A DNA stretch of 62,180 nucleotides, counting the filler, from Catajapyx aquilonaris (lineage: Eukaryota): the NCBI GenBank assembly GCA_000934665.2. It is 2 parts of 2 records of this genome, joined end to end, with 100 filler letters (N's around TTAATTAATTAA, not from the genome) between each part and the next. Parts side by side here need not be neighbours in the genome. Positions count along the whole stretch, not along the records: positions 1 to 31,039 come from KZ539177.1; 1 more part is not named here. One strand, given 5' to 3'. The notes below the pieces were generated by a model. That model saw nothing but the letters and a program-made list of their open reading frames with translations, ran no database searches and was not told the DNA's origin. Below are positions 1 to 12,400 of the stretch, piece by piece. The translations under genes and the position numbers were made by a program. Every line of letters begins with the position of its first letter. Position 1 is the first letter of the stretch.

Positions 1-302
1 GGGGGTAGATCGGCAAAGGGGAGGTTCGGCTGCATTAATTTCGCGAAACTATCATCTTCCGAATGCACTCGAAGCACAGGGACACCTTAGAGACCTAAGG
101 TGATTTATATTCAGGGTGTCGCAACCTTGCTGTTTTTTAGGGCTCCAGGTCTTGTTCATCAGCTAGTGATGTTCTGGATCAGTTTGACGGCTAAATCAGG
201 CAGTTGGGGCATCTTATTTGAAGATAAGCATCGGGCTTGTCCATTTTTGAGAGGAGGGAAGCGCATAAAGGTCAGTCTGAATGCACTGTACTTACTGCTA
301 TG

Positions 303-600
303 TAGGGCTGTGCGATATTTCGATATATCGACTGTCGATACGATATTTTCCTAATATCGAAGTTGCGATATCCGACGCTTGGCATGTTCGATGTATCGAA
401 TATCGCGATTTTTCGATGTCGGTTCCATGTCGATTTTCGATACTTTTCGATGTCGGTTCGATGTCGATTTTCGATATTTTTCGATGTCGGTTCGATGTCG
501 GTTTTCGATGTCGATTTTTCGATTTTCGATATATCGACTTCGATTCGATATTTTTAAGTATCGAAAGTCGATATGTAATTTCGGATATCGCACAGCCCTA
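303..600. mobile_element. Non-autonomous hAT DNA transposon (MITE), 298 bp
   Basis: Perfect 16-bp terminal inverted repeats TAGGGCTGTGCGATAT (303-318) / ATATCGCACAGCCCTA (585-600); perfect 8-bp target-site duplication CTGCTATG (295-302, 601-608), diagnostic of hAT; interior made of TCGA/CGAT-rich short repeats. Confidence 0.93.
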
Positions 601-3600
601 CTGCTATGGCATATCAGCGATGTATGAAACCCGAGATAATAAGTGTAGGTTTAAAGATGCGACACATAAATGCATTATTTTCAATGGCAAGTACTGTACA
701 TATGATATGACCCTAATGAAGGTAATTATGTAAAGGTCAGCTTCAGATATCAACCTAATAATTGGAGGAAAATGACGATTTTATGTGTCAGTGCATTTTC
801 TCTTGGATTCGTACCCACTGATGAGAACATATTGCAATGATTAAATGTGCTGAACATATGCTGAGATGAACATGTGCGATTCAAATGGGGACCAAAGCGG
901 GATATACTTTGAAGTCCAGTTTTTTGACGGATTTGGTTTCAAAACCCGACATTTTTTGAGGCCATACGCCAAGTTATTCATCCGAGAGTCACGGTCCTCA
1001 CTAACGGCTGCATTTTCCACCCGAGACCTCACGTTGTTTGTCAACTGATCCACGCTCAAAAAATATATTTGGAAAAAAAAACTCCGGTCCCTCCAGCCTG
1101 CAGATCATGTCAATAAAAAAAAGGTGCCCATCTCACATCAACGCGATATTTGCAAAAGCGGGGGGGATTAAATTGCAATGCGAACTCATTTGGCCGCACG
1201 TGGAAAGTAGGTGCACGGTGAAGTGCTTAATGCAGACGAATCACGCAGCGACGTGAATATTACGGCATAGATCAACGGTACCCTGGCAAAAATCCAGATT
1301 TCTTATGGCATGAACAAACCGCTAGTTTGCAAATTTTTTACACACTATTGTAGGAACTGCATGCAAATATTGACCGCATTTTTTTTGTAGCGACGCGAGA
1401 CTTGAACCCATTAAAAAATTGTCGTTTCTTTTGATGACACACACTTTTTCTTATGGGCGTTTACACGACGAGGCAGCAACACGCACAGGGGATCAAATTC
1501 GACTCGCTCCGTTCCGCTCGGCGATTTTCTAATCGATTTCTCATCGATCACTCCTCGAGAGAAATGTGACTGGAAGCCCAGCAGGCATGGGAGGGAAATG
1601 CTACTCTACTTTTGCTAATTGTAGGGAGGGCTTGAAAACCCTACAAATGAAACTAAAGAGTGATACAGCAAGCGAGCTGCAGTGGGGGAAAATCCAATAG
1701 CATTTTGAACGCATTAAATATTTGCTAGCAATATTGATCCTGAAACTGGATATCTACAGTGTCGAAATTTTCCTTCTGTGTATGGCCACACTCTTTTGGT
1801 GTAAGAGCTTCGTATGGATGGATTCACCTGAGTTTCCATTCAAACGCGCTTCTCTTCATACATTTTACATGGAATTCTGAGAGGGGGAGAGTTCTGTAAT
1901 GGGAATTCAGGAAAAGGGTGGGAGGGGGCCGCTTCTTGTTTCCAAACCCTCCCCGCATTGTTGAGAAGCAAGCGGGTACTAACCAACGGTTTTCAATGGA
2001 AGGAGGGTTTCCTCTGACTTTTCTTTGGCACCGGGGGAAATTATTTGCTTCCATCCCTTCCTCTCTGCACAATGGAGCATTCAGCCGAATTTGTAAGACA
2101 TGTATATACGTACACCCGTCTTTTTTGGACAGAGGTGAATAAGCAACAAAGGACGGAAACAACATATTTTGTTAATAAAGCGTGCCAACCAGGACGGCTT
2201 TTCATGTCTGCGTACTATTAATATGTCATAAACAGTGTGGCACATTCATTGTGTATGCATGGTGCGGCGGTGTTAGTAATGCACTTATTGCTCTTTTCAG
2301 GTGAGTACAACCCTCGTTTAGTAACTGCGAGCTGCTCATTGAAGGTAGAGTGCACGTTAAATATTGTGCTGCCGTTTGTTCCGCACAGGTACAGAGTTCG
2401 TGTACCGCCAATAATAGTCATGTTTGATCGCAAACATGCAACACAAACATTTCTGCCGGAATTAACATTAAAACTGACAGCCTTGTTTACAAAAGGTGAG
2501 TCAGAACTGAACTCATTTCAGTGTAGTACATGCCCAACTGGTATCGCCTGCATTGCCTCTTATCCTGGAACATTTGCACAGTTTTCACCTTCAGGATCAG
2601 GACCATTCTGCAATATGACTCACCCAGTACTGACTTCTCCAATCCGATAAGTTAGTTTCGACCAAAGTACCATCGGAATCCTGGACTCGCGAAATCCGGA
2701 ATGAACAGGTCACGAGAGCGTTCAATGGATGACCGGCATGTGGAAACTGACAAAAAGTCCTCTCTTTTTTTTTCAGAGAGAGAGAGGGGGTGGTTGGGAG
2801 GAAAGGGGGACATGCCTCCCACATTCCATTGGGCATGCTAACGCTACAGTGGGCAGTCAGGTGTAGGACTGCGATTGGCCATCACACCGCACAACCCCGT
2901 GGTCACAGTCAAGCCATGTATGACCGCTAGCTCATCTTAATCAACTAGTTGAAGTTCAATCTGTACAAAGATTATCAGAAAATTAATTTGAATAGTCGAA
3001 GGTGTTATATGCATGTATCAGTATTTCAACAGTTTGCATAATAATCATTTTTAAAGACTATGTAAGCGCGTTATTGCCAAACACTGCAGATACATAATCA
3101 AGTAACCTCATAACGAGGGTGAGCCAATAAAGGGGGTGGTCCGGGAGAAAATAAGAGTGCATGATGATTGGAGGGGATGGGTTTTGTGGGAAAGGGAGAG
3201 AGGGGGTTGTTTGGAATGGGTGACGTAGCGGAAGGAAACGGGGGAAATTAATTACGGGAATTCCGGAGCCATGCGTCTCGTTTCGGGACTGGTTTTGAAG
3301 TGTGTGGACTGCGGAGCAACCGGCTAAGAGTTGGAAATGAAAATAATGGCGCTTTGTTTGCAGGCCCTCGAGGGAATGAAACATAGTGCTGGGTATACCA
3401 GAAATGCTACGAATCTGATAATCCCAATTATAATTATTTTTTTGTAATAACCACCAGATGGTAGAGCACAATGTCTTGAGACAGGCAAGTCGATCTCGTT
3501 GCGAAACGTATTATCCGCGCACAGGTCCCCATCAATAATGTTATTCCTGGTACGCTGATAACCTCATTTGCAGTGAGGAATTGGCACGTTCAACCGTCGG

Positions 3601-6422
3601 CGCAAATCTAATTTAGTGTCAAAGCATGCGACACTCTGCCAGTGGGAGATGTCCGAAAAAGAAGCCTCCCAGCCTAACCGTCAGGTCCGCACGATTTAAT
3701 TCGACAGGATTGGCATTGGCAGCGGTGAACCACGTCGCATGGAACCCCCCCGATAGAAGGGCGGAGGGGGAGGTGAACACCAGGGGGAAAAAAGCGATTT
3801 CGTTGTTCTCCTATTCACATTTATCCCTCGCTACAACCCTAGGGATGATGAATCTCCAGTTAACCAACCGAATCCGCAGCGACTGCACGCTAGAGGCCCA
3901 CTTAACTGTCGACATATCGAACTTGGAATCGACATTTGCTTATTAGCCAAAATTTGGCAACATTGGACGTAGTATGAGACGCCACAACCGGATGGCGCGC
4001 ACACGCTCTCTGCACTCCTACCCAAGCCTTATGCATACCCCTGTGAGCTTAGTTCGTCCCACTCCCTACGGGTGGGAACTGATAAGGCCACGCGATTAAT
4101 ATGCCCAATGTGGTTATACTACATGCACCTAGGTTAGATAGTTATGAAATATAGTTCCTCTGAAATGTCCAGCTAATCAACCCGGACTCATCAGAGTGTA
4201 ATTCCAGGTGTCGCTGATTAGCACATACACATGCATACACCTGATTCGGGCTACGTGCGTGGCTGCCTGCCCTGCCCTGCTTCCCTCTCAACGAAAGAGG
4301 AACGACAAGAGCTGGCAAATGAAGCTCGTAATGACGTTCCTGTGTAACGCGCCCAGATTTTCCTAGCCGCACCAAGGCCCAGCTCGTATGTTGGGACCGG
4401 CGGGACTTGGGGAATTTCCCGGCGTATTTAATTCCCGTCACCTCGGTCCTAACGAATGGGGCTTGCGGCCGCCAGAGACGCGCCGGAACATGGGATTTCT
4501 CCAAAAGGGAAGGTTGGTGTAGAGAGAGAGAAAGAGAGGGGTACCGTGTACATGCGTGTGGGCGCGGAACGAAACCGTGCTCTTCGAATGGGAACTTACT
4601 CTCGGAGTGTGATGCGGTTCAAATGAGGGAAATCCTGGCTTGTTTACCCCCTTGTTATCTCGGCAGCTTGGAGGTTCTTATTTGCATTTTGGGTGGAGCG
4701 ATCGAGTCAGGAGCTTGCCATAAGTACAAACAGGAGTCGGGATTCAAGCCTGGTTTAAACCCCCCCCCCCCCTTTTTTGCGGTTTAGACACAGTGTACTG
4801 TACATTGTGGAAAAGTACTGCACGGTGATATTACTTTTCATGAAGCAAAATGTACTGTGGGGGCATATGTAACTATAGGCTGAAATGGAGTAAAAAATTA
4901 TTTGGGCTCCCAAAAGACACCTCTCAGCTACTGTACCCACCGCACAGTGTTGGGACATCCTAAAAGCACCGAGTGTGTACACATGCAAATTATTTATATC
5001 CTGACATTATTTTATTGTACTTGCACATAAAATGTTCATAATGATACCACATTTTTGTACATTAAGGTGCACATGTAATATTGAAACACACTTGCAACTA
5101 ACTTGTAGGTGAATCATTTAAAATGCATCAAATAATTCATCTTTACAATGAGTTTACAGGGGCAAAAACCGGCAAATTTTCCACCATTGCTGCGAACTGC
5201 ATTTTGCGGCATCGGAAGCGTGAAGCTGCATAAAAGTCAATCGCGTCAATATCATGAATAATTGTCTATTCTGCTGAACTAATATTGTTTCAAACAATGC
5301 CTTCACGCTACCTTCAGGGTGTGGTACGGCACTGTAAACATGCCCGCTAGAAAAGCATATCAATATTGCAAGAACACAGGCATAATTTATTACCATGTGT
5401 CGTGATTGTTAGCGACTTATCAGGTGCGTACAGTACCGTACACGTAAAAAATAATTCGCAAAATGTTAATGCATAGTAGAGGACCAGCCTTTTCCCAACA
5501 GCACATCCCCGGTGCGAGCAAAATCTAACTCTATTTCGCCAGCTAGAATGAGCCTGACAGCATGATGAATGGAGTTGAAAATGCATTCCTCCCCGAGGAA
5601 AACATTTCAGCAACTACGTAAATGCGATTCTGTAAATATTTCACTGCTTGCATATCAACTTTTACATTTATTGACCCTGCACGGTTGTCAGTGCAGGCGA
5701 AAGGGTTAGGTACTCCCTTCGCGGTCAGGGAAATAAAACAACCCGTGTGTGTGTGAACCAAGGGGTGTTTCCACATTCGAGGGTAATCTGATTTTGTCCC
5801 AACACCAACCAAAACTTGTCCAAAACCGTAACTTGCTCCTATTCATCAGTCGACAACTTGAATCGTTGGGTTGGTGGGAGGGGAAATTCCGCTTTACAAA
5901 ATCAGGAAGTGTACTTATTTACCAACGCCCAACAACTCCCAGTTTCCATTTGGAAACTTCCAGGGGGCGATGGCTTCCACTTGAGCACGGTGAAATTCGT
6001 TCGGAATGCGAACAGTTCCTACCCCTAGAGTCTGTCAATGTGTTTTGGTCAATGGCCATCCGGAGAGAGGCCCGGAGAGACTCGGCGGGCCGAAAGCGTC
6101 TGCAATCCGTCCGATAACATGACGAAAGGAGTCTCTAGGGAGCTGTGTGTGAGCGCCATGCTAACTGTGCAACTCCACCCAAAATAGTACAGTAGGTCCA
6201 TGCAGATGGCTGGGGGAACAGCCACAGCCCCCCTCATCCCACCACCCACCTGCAATATGGTGACAAACCGTGTTTCACCAGCCGCGGACGTAATTACGAA
6301 AAGCTCCTGTGGGTAGGTGTGGAAACAAACATTAACGGATTCACCCGGCTACAGATGCTTGTTATGATAACCACGTTCAAGAACTGATATTGGTGACCCT
6401 CAAAGAAATCTACAACGTATTG

Positions 6423-6457
6423 CCTAACCTAACCTAACCTAACCTAACCTAACCTAA
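6423..6457 (-). repeat. Interstitial (TTAGG)7 arthropod-type telomeric repeat
   Basis: Seven perfect CCTAA units on + strand followed by degenerate units to ~6475. Confidence 0.85.
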
Positions 6458-9407
6458 CATATCCTAACCGAACCTCGACTTACGTAAGTGGATCATTCCA
6501 AGTGTGAATAAATGGCTATGGCTGCTATCAATATTAATGGTACAATCTATCCTAAAAAGCAGTCAATCAATCATATTTCTTTCCCACAGAATTATGCCTC
6601 CCCAGAGACAACACTGGACAATAAATCGCCAGGCCCATTACATTCGTGTAGATAAGATGTATCAGAAATATTTCAGTTAGAGGAAGACAAACAGCGCCAC
6701 AAATTTTAATCACGCGTGCCCCCACCCCCACCCCACCAGTCCGGGTCTGTAATGCACGTATTCATATTAGTCTACCTAGCTGGGGCAATTATAGTTCCCA
6801 GAGCCAACTGCCGCGAGTTTGAAGCGACCAGACCTAACATATGAGCGACCATATAACATCCCGACCTGCAGCCTCCCTCCCATTCGTGAAATTAAAAATT
6901 GGAGTGATTATTAATATTTTTCATGCTTTGAGCTGTTTGTGCCATTCCCCTGGTTCCATTTGCATGAAGCTTTTTCCACCCCCCACCCCCGAAAATTCAG
7001 CCTTACCCGCAATTCAGAAGAGGAGTGATGGGTAATTAAACTCCACGCCGGTGCAAAACGAATGCCGCTTATTAATCTGAAGTTGGACTCTGCCTTTGAT
7101 GACATCACTGGGATATTAATCGTGCGGCTGCAAAAATAAAATAAAAAATCTCTTGCTGGGAAAATTGCATAGTATGGGTCCAAGTGCACTCTTTCTCTTT
7201 CTGGATGAGACAAGAAGCATCCAATTCTGGACCCCCGTCTCCAATAGCAGTTTGGTTGTTTGGGGTGGGGCCCAAAGCGAAATGCGGCGACAGTATTTCA
7301 CCGTTCATTGAATAAAAAAAAAGCGGTTTTAGGCTAGCTCGTGTGTCTCTCCCCCTGCCATTACGCGACCTTCTTTTGTGCACAGAGCGCCAAATCCTTT
7401 GTCTAACGCTGGATTCAGTCCCAATCAGTGATTGGGAACTCCTCCGTTGCGCTCTCCAAACCAGACGCGGCTTTGTTACCCTCAGGAATTCCCCCTGCCG
7501 AGGACATTGTTGAGGAGGCCAATTGTTGACCTCCTCGCGAGTCGGCTTCCGCCGGGTTTTCCTTTCTTTGTAAAAATGTCTTTCGGTGTTAGAGGCAGAA
7601 AGCCTTTGGGGTTTTGGAAAGGGGGGGGGGGGGTTTGTAGACAGGGATGAAAAGCGAGCTCCGCTGAATTGCGGTTCCGACATTGGCCGCGAACAAGTTA
7701 TACTCCGGGTTTGACATGGCTGGAAAGGAGGTTGGCAAGTTGTAATCAAAGATATGTTTTGTTTCGCGATTGTGGTCGGGGAATTAGCAAGAGGCCTTAG
7801 AGGGGCGTATGTGCGAGCTCATTGGGGGGTTTACTTTCAGAGTTGAAAAGTTTCGACGCACTTTGTCGCGTGCGGTGTATATGAGTTTCGGCTCAGAGAG
7901 GGGCCGGCTAATTATGGGAAATTATATGGAGTTGCATGTCGTGCTATTTTGACAGTTATTTCCAACGGAATTGTTCGTTTTAGTTAGCAATTTTTTGGGG
8001 AAATTATTTGCTTATCAGTAAGTAGGTACTTTTAGTGGGTCATCCCGAATGAAAGCCACATTTCTCTTACAGCAAATGTTGGAAAGTAATCGTTCTCCTA
8101 ATAGGCTTATTCTCTCTGTCTTATGTTTGATTTGATAGTATCGCACGGCCTGAGGGTGGCAGGAGAGTGCAGAGGGAGGGTGCGCCATCTATGTCTGAAG
8201 AATAGTACTATGGTAAATCGGAGGACAATCTCATTAAATTGTTTAATTGTCACGGTCACACTGATGATAGGTTTTGCCAAATTTTAGCAACGGTTTCACT
8301 AGTACCTTAATAATAGTGCCAAAATAGCCAACGAAAACTTCGCCCAGTTTACTCTTAACCGTTAATATTGCAGAGAACTCACAGAATGGATGCGGTGACT
8401 AAAATCAGGGTAGAGCGTAAGCTAATTGTAGCGTGAACAGTAGCCTTATGAGAACAGAAGCACGGCACAAAGTCACGCCGGGGATGTGATTATTTTGTCT
8501 GATGAATTTTGTTTGTGGGCTGCTTAATATTCTCATAAGGAAGTTCATAACTTACTCAGGGCCATTTCCATATTTTCCCAGCTTCATGCATTTTCCTTTT
8601 CATATACCAGCCGTGGTTTTACTCTTGTAACAGAACACTATACTTGATCCTGTAACTGCATTAAATTTGATTACTTTTTTTTCTTCAATCCAGCATATAT
8701 GGGAAGTTACTATACATGGCAGTGCTGGGAGGGAATGCGAACGTGCGTATGGGTCGTGCATGCAGTGTCAGAGGACGCGGACGTCACGCTGGTAATGGGA
8801 TGGTTTGTTTTGACGTCCCGGAGCGAATCATAGGGGGGAATGGTCTACCAGGCCGTGACGACAACTTCAACCACCAGAGCCCGCTCCAGTGCTTTTTCCG
8901 CGAATTTTTATGCCCTCTAGTGAGAAGTACATGGTCATGATCGATTTGAAATATTACTCTAGCAATTCTATCTTTCGGAAATTTGAACATGCTTTTGTAT
9001 AGTGTTTGTAGAGGTATGTGGTCAACCTGTCCACACGATCGCATCCAATAGACACGCTTCTCATCGACCGAAAATAAAACCTCGGTGTACAATTATAATC
9101 AGGAGTGTGCGCTGTTTGGCATGTACTCTGCCTGCAAGCTGTTTCACATGAGCACAATTACCTGTTGGTCCTTACTGTGGCAATACAATAACAATAACAC
9201 ATTTGCGCCTGCGGCAGGAGTGCTTCCATATAGGTACTGTACAGTAGTAATTTCTCTCCTATTTGCACTAGAGCAATGTGCTGCTTACGTAGGCGGGGAA
9301 TGTATTTTCTGGTGCAGTTTATATTAGACCGTACGGTGTATGGTACGTAAGTATACATCCCAATGTGGGACACTGTGGGAAAATGTGCAAAGTCCATGCT
9401 ACTTGTA

Positions 9408-9488
9408 CAGTGGTGGAAATTAATGGAGAAGCATAAGTGTCGCCTCCTGGCGGAGCTACTTGTGCTTCTCCATTAATTTCCACCACTG
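9408..9488. mobile_element. Minimal Tc1/mariner-type MITE (81 bp hairpin)
   Basis: TIR CAGTGGTGGAAATTAATGGAGAAGCA (26 bp perfect, extending to ~31 bp with one mismatch); flanked by TA on both sides (9406-9407, 9489-9490); CAGT..ACTG termini typical of Tc1/pogo. Confidence 0.88.
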
Positions 9489-12400
9489 TACTATAGGAAG
9501 TTGCCCATAACTTGCATAGAGAATTACGCTAAACATGCCAGACACTGACTTCCTGTAGTTCCGTTAACCCTCAATTCATGACCTCAGTAATGTGAATTTC
9601 GATTAAAACAGTTACTGTATATAATTACACTTTCCAACCACAACAAACGACTAATCTAATTTATGCAATTAATTCATCGATAATGCTAACCAGTTGAACA
9701 TATACGTGCATTTTAATTCATTAGCTGAGACCACTAGTTTTTATAAAAGTGAACGTTATTCATCATTTTTTGTGAAGTTTGTTGTTTATGTGGTATGGAC
9801 CTATAGAGAGCACTGGAAAATAAAACCACGTCAGCACAACCGCTGAAAACCAGTGCTAAATATTTCCGCCTGGGAAAATTCCGTCTGTGCTTTATGCTTT
9901 AGGCTCCGTATCAGCCGGGTTTCATACGCACTGCAAGACCTTTATGCACGTAGCTGCACTACAGCATTAGAGGAACTTGTGCGACCTAGTAAATTGGTAA
10001 TTTCACCAAATGTTAGAAACACTAAACTTTTTAAGCCAGCAGGGTTCAAGCCTATGAAATTGGATATCTTTAGAGCCTGGTGTCTCTTGAAAGCCGAGCC
10101 GAGTTTGAAACCGTACATTGTTGAATTTAACACCTGCTCGTGAAGCTCGAAACTGCAGGTACATGAGATTTTTCCCACCCGAATTACGTTCATTGTACAG
10201 CATATAGTTACTTTCTCCTGATATGCTTACGCGTTGTGCAGGATAACACTGCATGATATTACTCCCATCATCCCTTTTCTCTTTAGTCCGGGGAAAAAAA
10301 TTACTACAATATGTCCACCTCAGTTGTTTGTATCCAGAATATTTATGCACCTGATATTGGGCGACACTCCCTCATTGTGATGCATGCAGGTCACTATTTC
10401 CAGGCCACTGCTGCCCCCTTCCCTTATCATAAAAAGCGCTCGCAGCTTTATACAAGCTAAAAAAAAATCCTGATTGAAACTTGACCAAAAAGTGCACTAA
10501 GCTCCCTGGAGATTTCTCCATTTTTACACGATCCCGCGCCCACCGATAGAGAGAATCTGGGGGGGTTTTCATTGTTTTCCCCCTGCATTCGAAACATGAG
10601 AGCCAGAGAGAGAGAGAGAAAAAAAATTGGTGGTTGGGAGGCCATCCGCAGCAGGGTGGTATGGTATATATAGCCATGGGATCGAATCGGAACATCGGAA
10701 GCTGCAAAGTCCGGACTCGGCTCCCTGATAGCCGACACATGGGAATTCCCCCCCTCCCCCCCTCCATTCCATTCAGAGGCCCTCTTCTCCATTCAGATGC
10801 AGCCAGAGCCGGCTGTCCGGAAGGCTTCTCTTCCGTTCCACTGACCGCCAGCATTCTCCTCCGGATTATCCTCCGTCTCCTGCTCCGATGCTTTGGAGGA
10901 GTAGAGAGCAAAAAAAAAAAAAACCGATGATCCACAGCTACCCCAAGGAGTGTAATTAGGATGCTGTGAGGATACGGCGATGGTGGCTTGGAAGGAGATG
11001 GGGTTTCATGGCTGCCACACATTTTATGCCTGGAGAATGCGCGGGGGGCTATGCTGCCCCTGATGCGTGCGTATTGATCATTTGGATAACTCTGTTGGAG
11101 GTTGGGGGGGTCTTAGGTCGGTTTTGCAACACTCTTGTAATATTAGCAGAGGTGACACAAATTTGGTGGCTTAATAAGTGATGCTCTTAATGGTGTACGT
11201 CATAAGCAGACACCTCGCGATTACACTATAGGTATTGATATTTGGGGGGCATCAGTAAAGTTGAGCACTCTCTATTTCCTGGCACAGAATAAAGTGGGTT
11301 GAACTATGCCAGAAGTGCGCCAACCAAATACCGGCATTGTAGGACATGCACTGCACTACTCCATTAAAACCTTGCAGGCACGCCCCTGACACTGTAATTA
11401 CAAAATACCGATACTATAACGCGCTTCATACTGCAATATCTGCAGCCATGTTCTGTGATCAAAAGAGGAGTAAAAATTAGCCATTTTCTTTTACTTCCTC
11501 TTTTCTTCTACTGCTGGAAATTACCCAATCGGAATTACATACAAAAAAGAAAAGGTCTCTCGTGATTCGGAACAGAATTGCGCGGCCTCTTCTTGTGATC
11601 AGTTCAGGCTGGTTGCTTTATAGAAGCCTCTGGCACGAAGTCCGTGTTTCATGCTTTAGCTGGTCTCTTTGCCTTCGTGCTTGGAAAGCAGAAACACTTA
11701 AAGGCTTTACGTACAGTGGTATTCTACGTGGTCATTCCTCTTTCTGTGAAAGCAAACTTGACTTAATGAGCTTCCGCCTATTCGCATGAAGGGTGCGACA
11801 TTATTGCTTCTGCGTCGCCACTGAGTACACTCCAGAAATGAAATGAAATGTAACAAACATAAAGCGCAAAATGTTGCTATACTCTGCGGGTGTTGTTTCC
11901 CAGGCGCGGTATATCTCGACTAATCTAGTAATGCATGAAAGGAAACGTAAATTAACGCCATAATTGGTGGCAAAGCTGGTGTTGCCATCACCGTTTACTG
12001 TTGACTTTATATTACCGGGGGGGCCATGTGCTTACTAAAAATATTTTCTAGCCGCCCATTTAGAGGGTAATATCTCCATATGTAACACGGTATGACAACA
12101 TATTATTGGTAGATCAACAAATAATGTGTAATTCTTATGGAATTTGAAGGCCCCCTTTTTCTGGTCCTAAAGTATAGCAGCAGCCGTTACGGATGCCGAA
12201 AGCGAGTAAGGAAGTGAAAAGTTCGAGAGCGTCCCCCGTTCGTTCGAATCATGGCGATGTTGACGAAGAATGGGAAACTTCCAGAATTGGATGGCGTAAA
12301 TCACTTGGTAACAGTAGGAACTGTCCGGCCAACTCCCTTTGCCTACCTGATGACGCCTCGAGCATTACTTCACTTCCGAATGACTTTAATGTCTCTCCAC

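Noticed and set aside
281..733. Overlapping Arg/Phe/Asp-rich ORFs in several frames
   Set aside because: By-product of the low-complexity TCGA repeats inside the hAT MITE
4025..4090. miR-184-like sequence (GAACTGATAAGG) in a weak hairpin
   Set aside because: Only the 3' part resembles the mature miRNA; the seed region does not match
7105..11022. 214-aa (7105-7749) and 216-aa (10372-11022) minus-strand ORFs
   Set aside because: No domain motifs, they run through homopolymer and microsatellite tracts, and have no supporting splice structure
12210..12377. Imperfect inverted repeat and 96-aa ORF
   Set aside because: Arms short and gapped, no TSD, ORF without recognisable features
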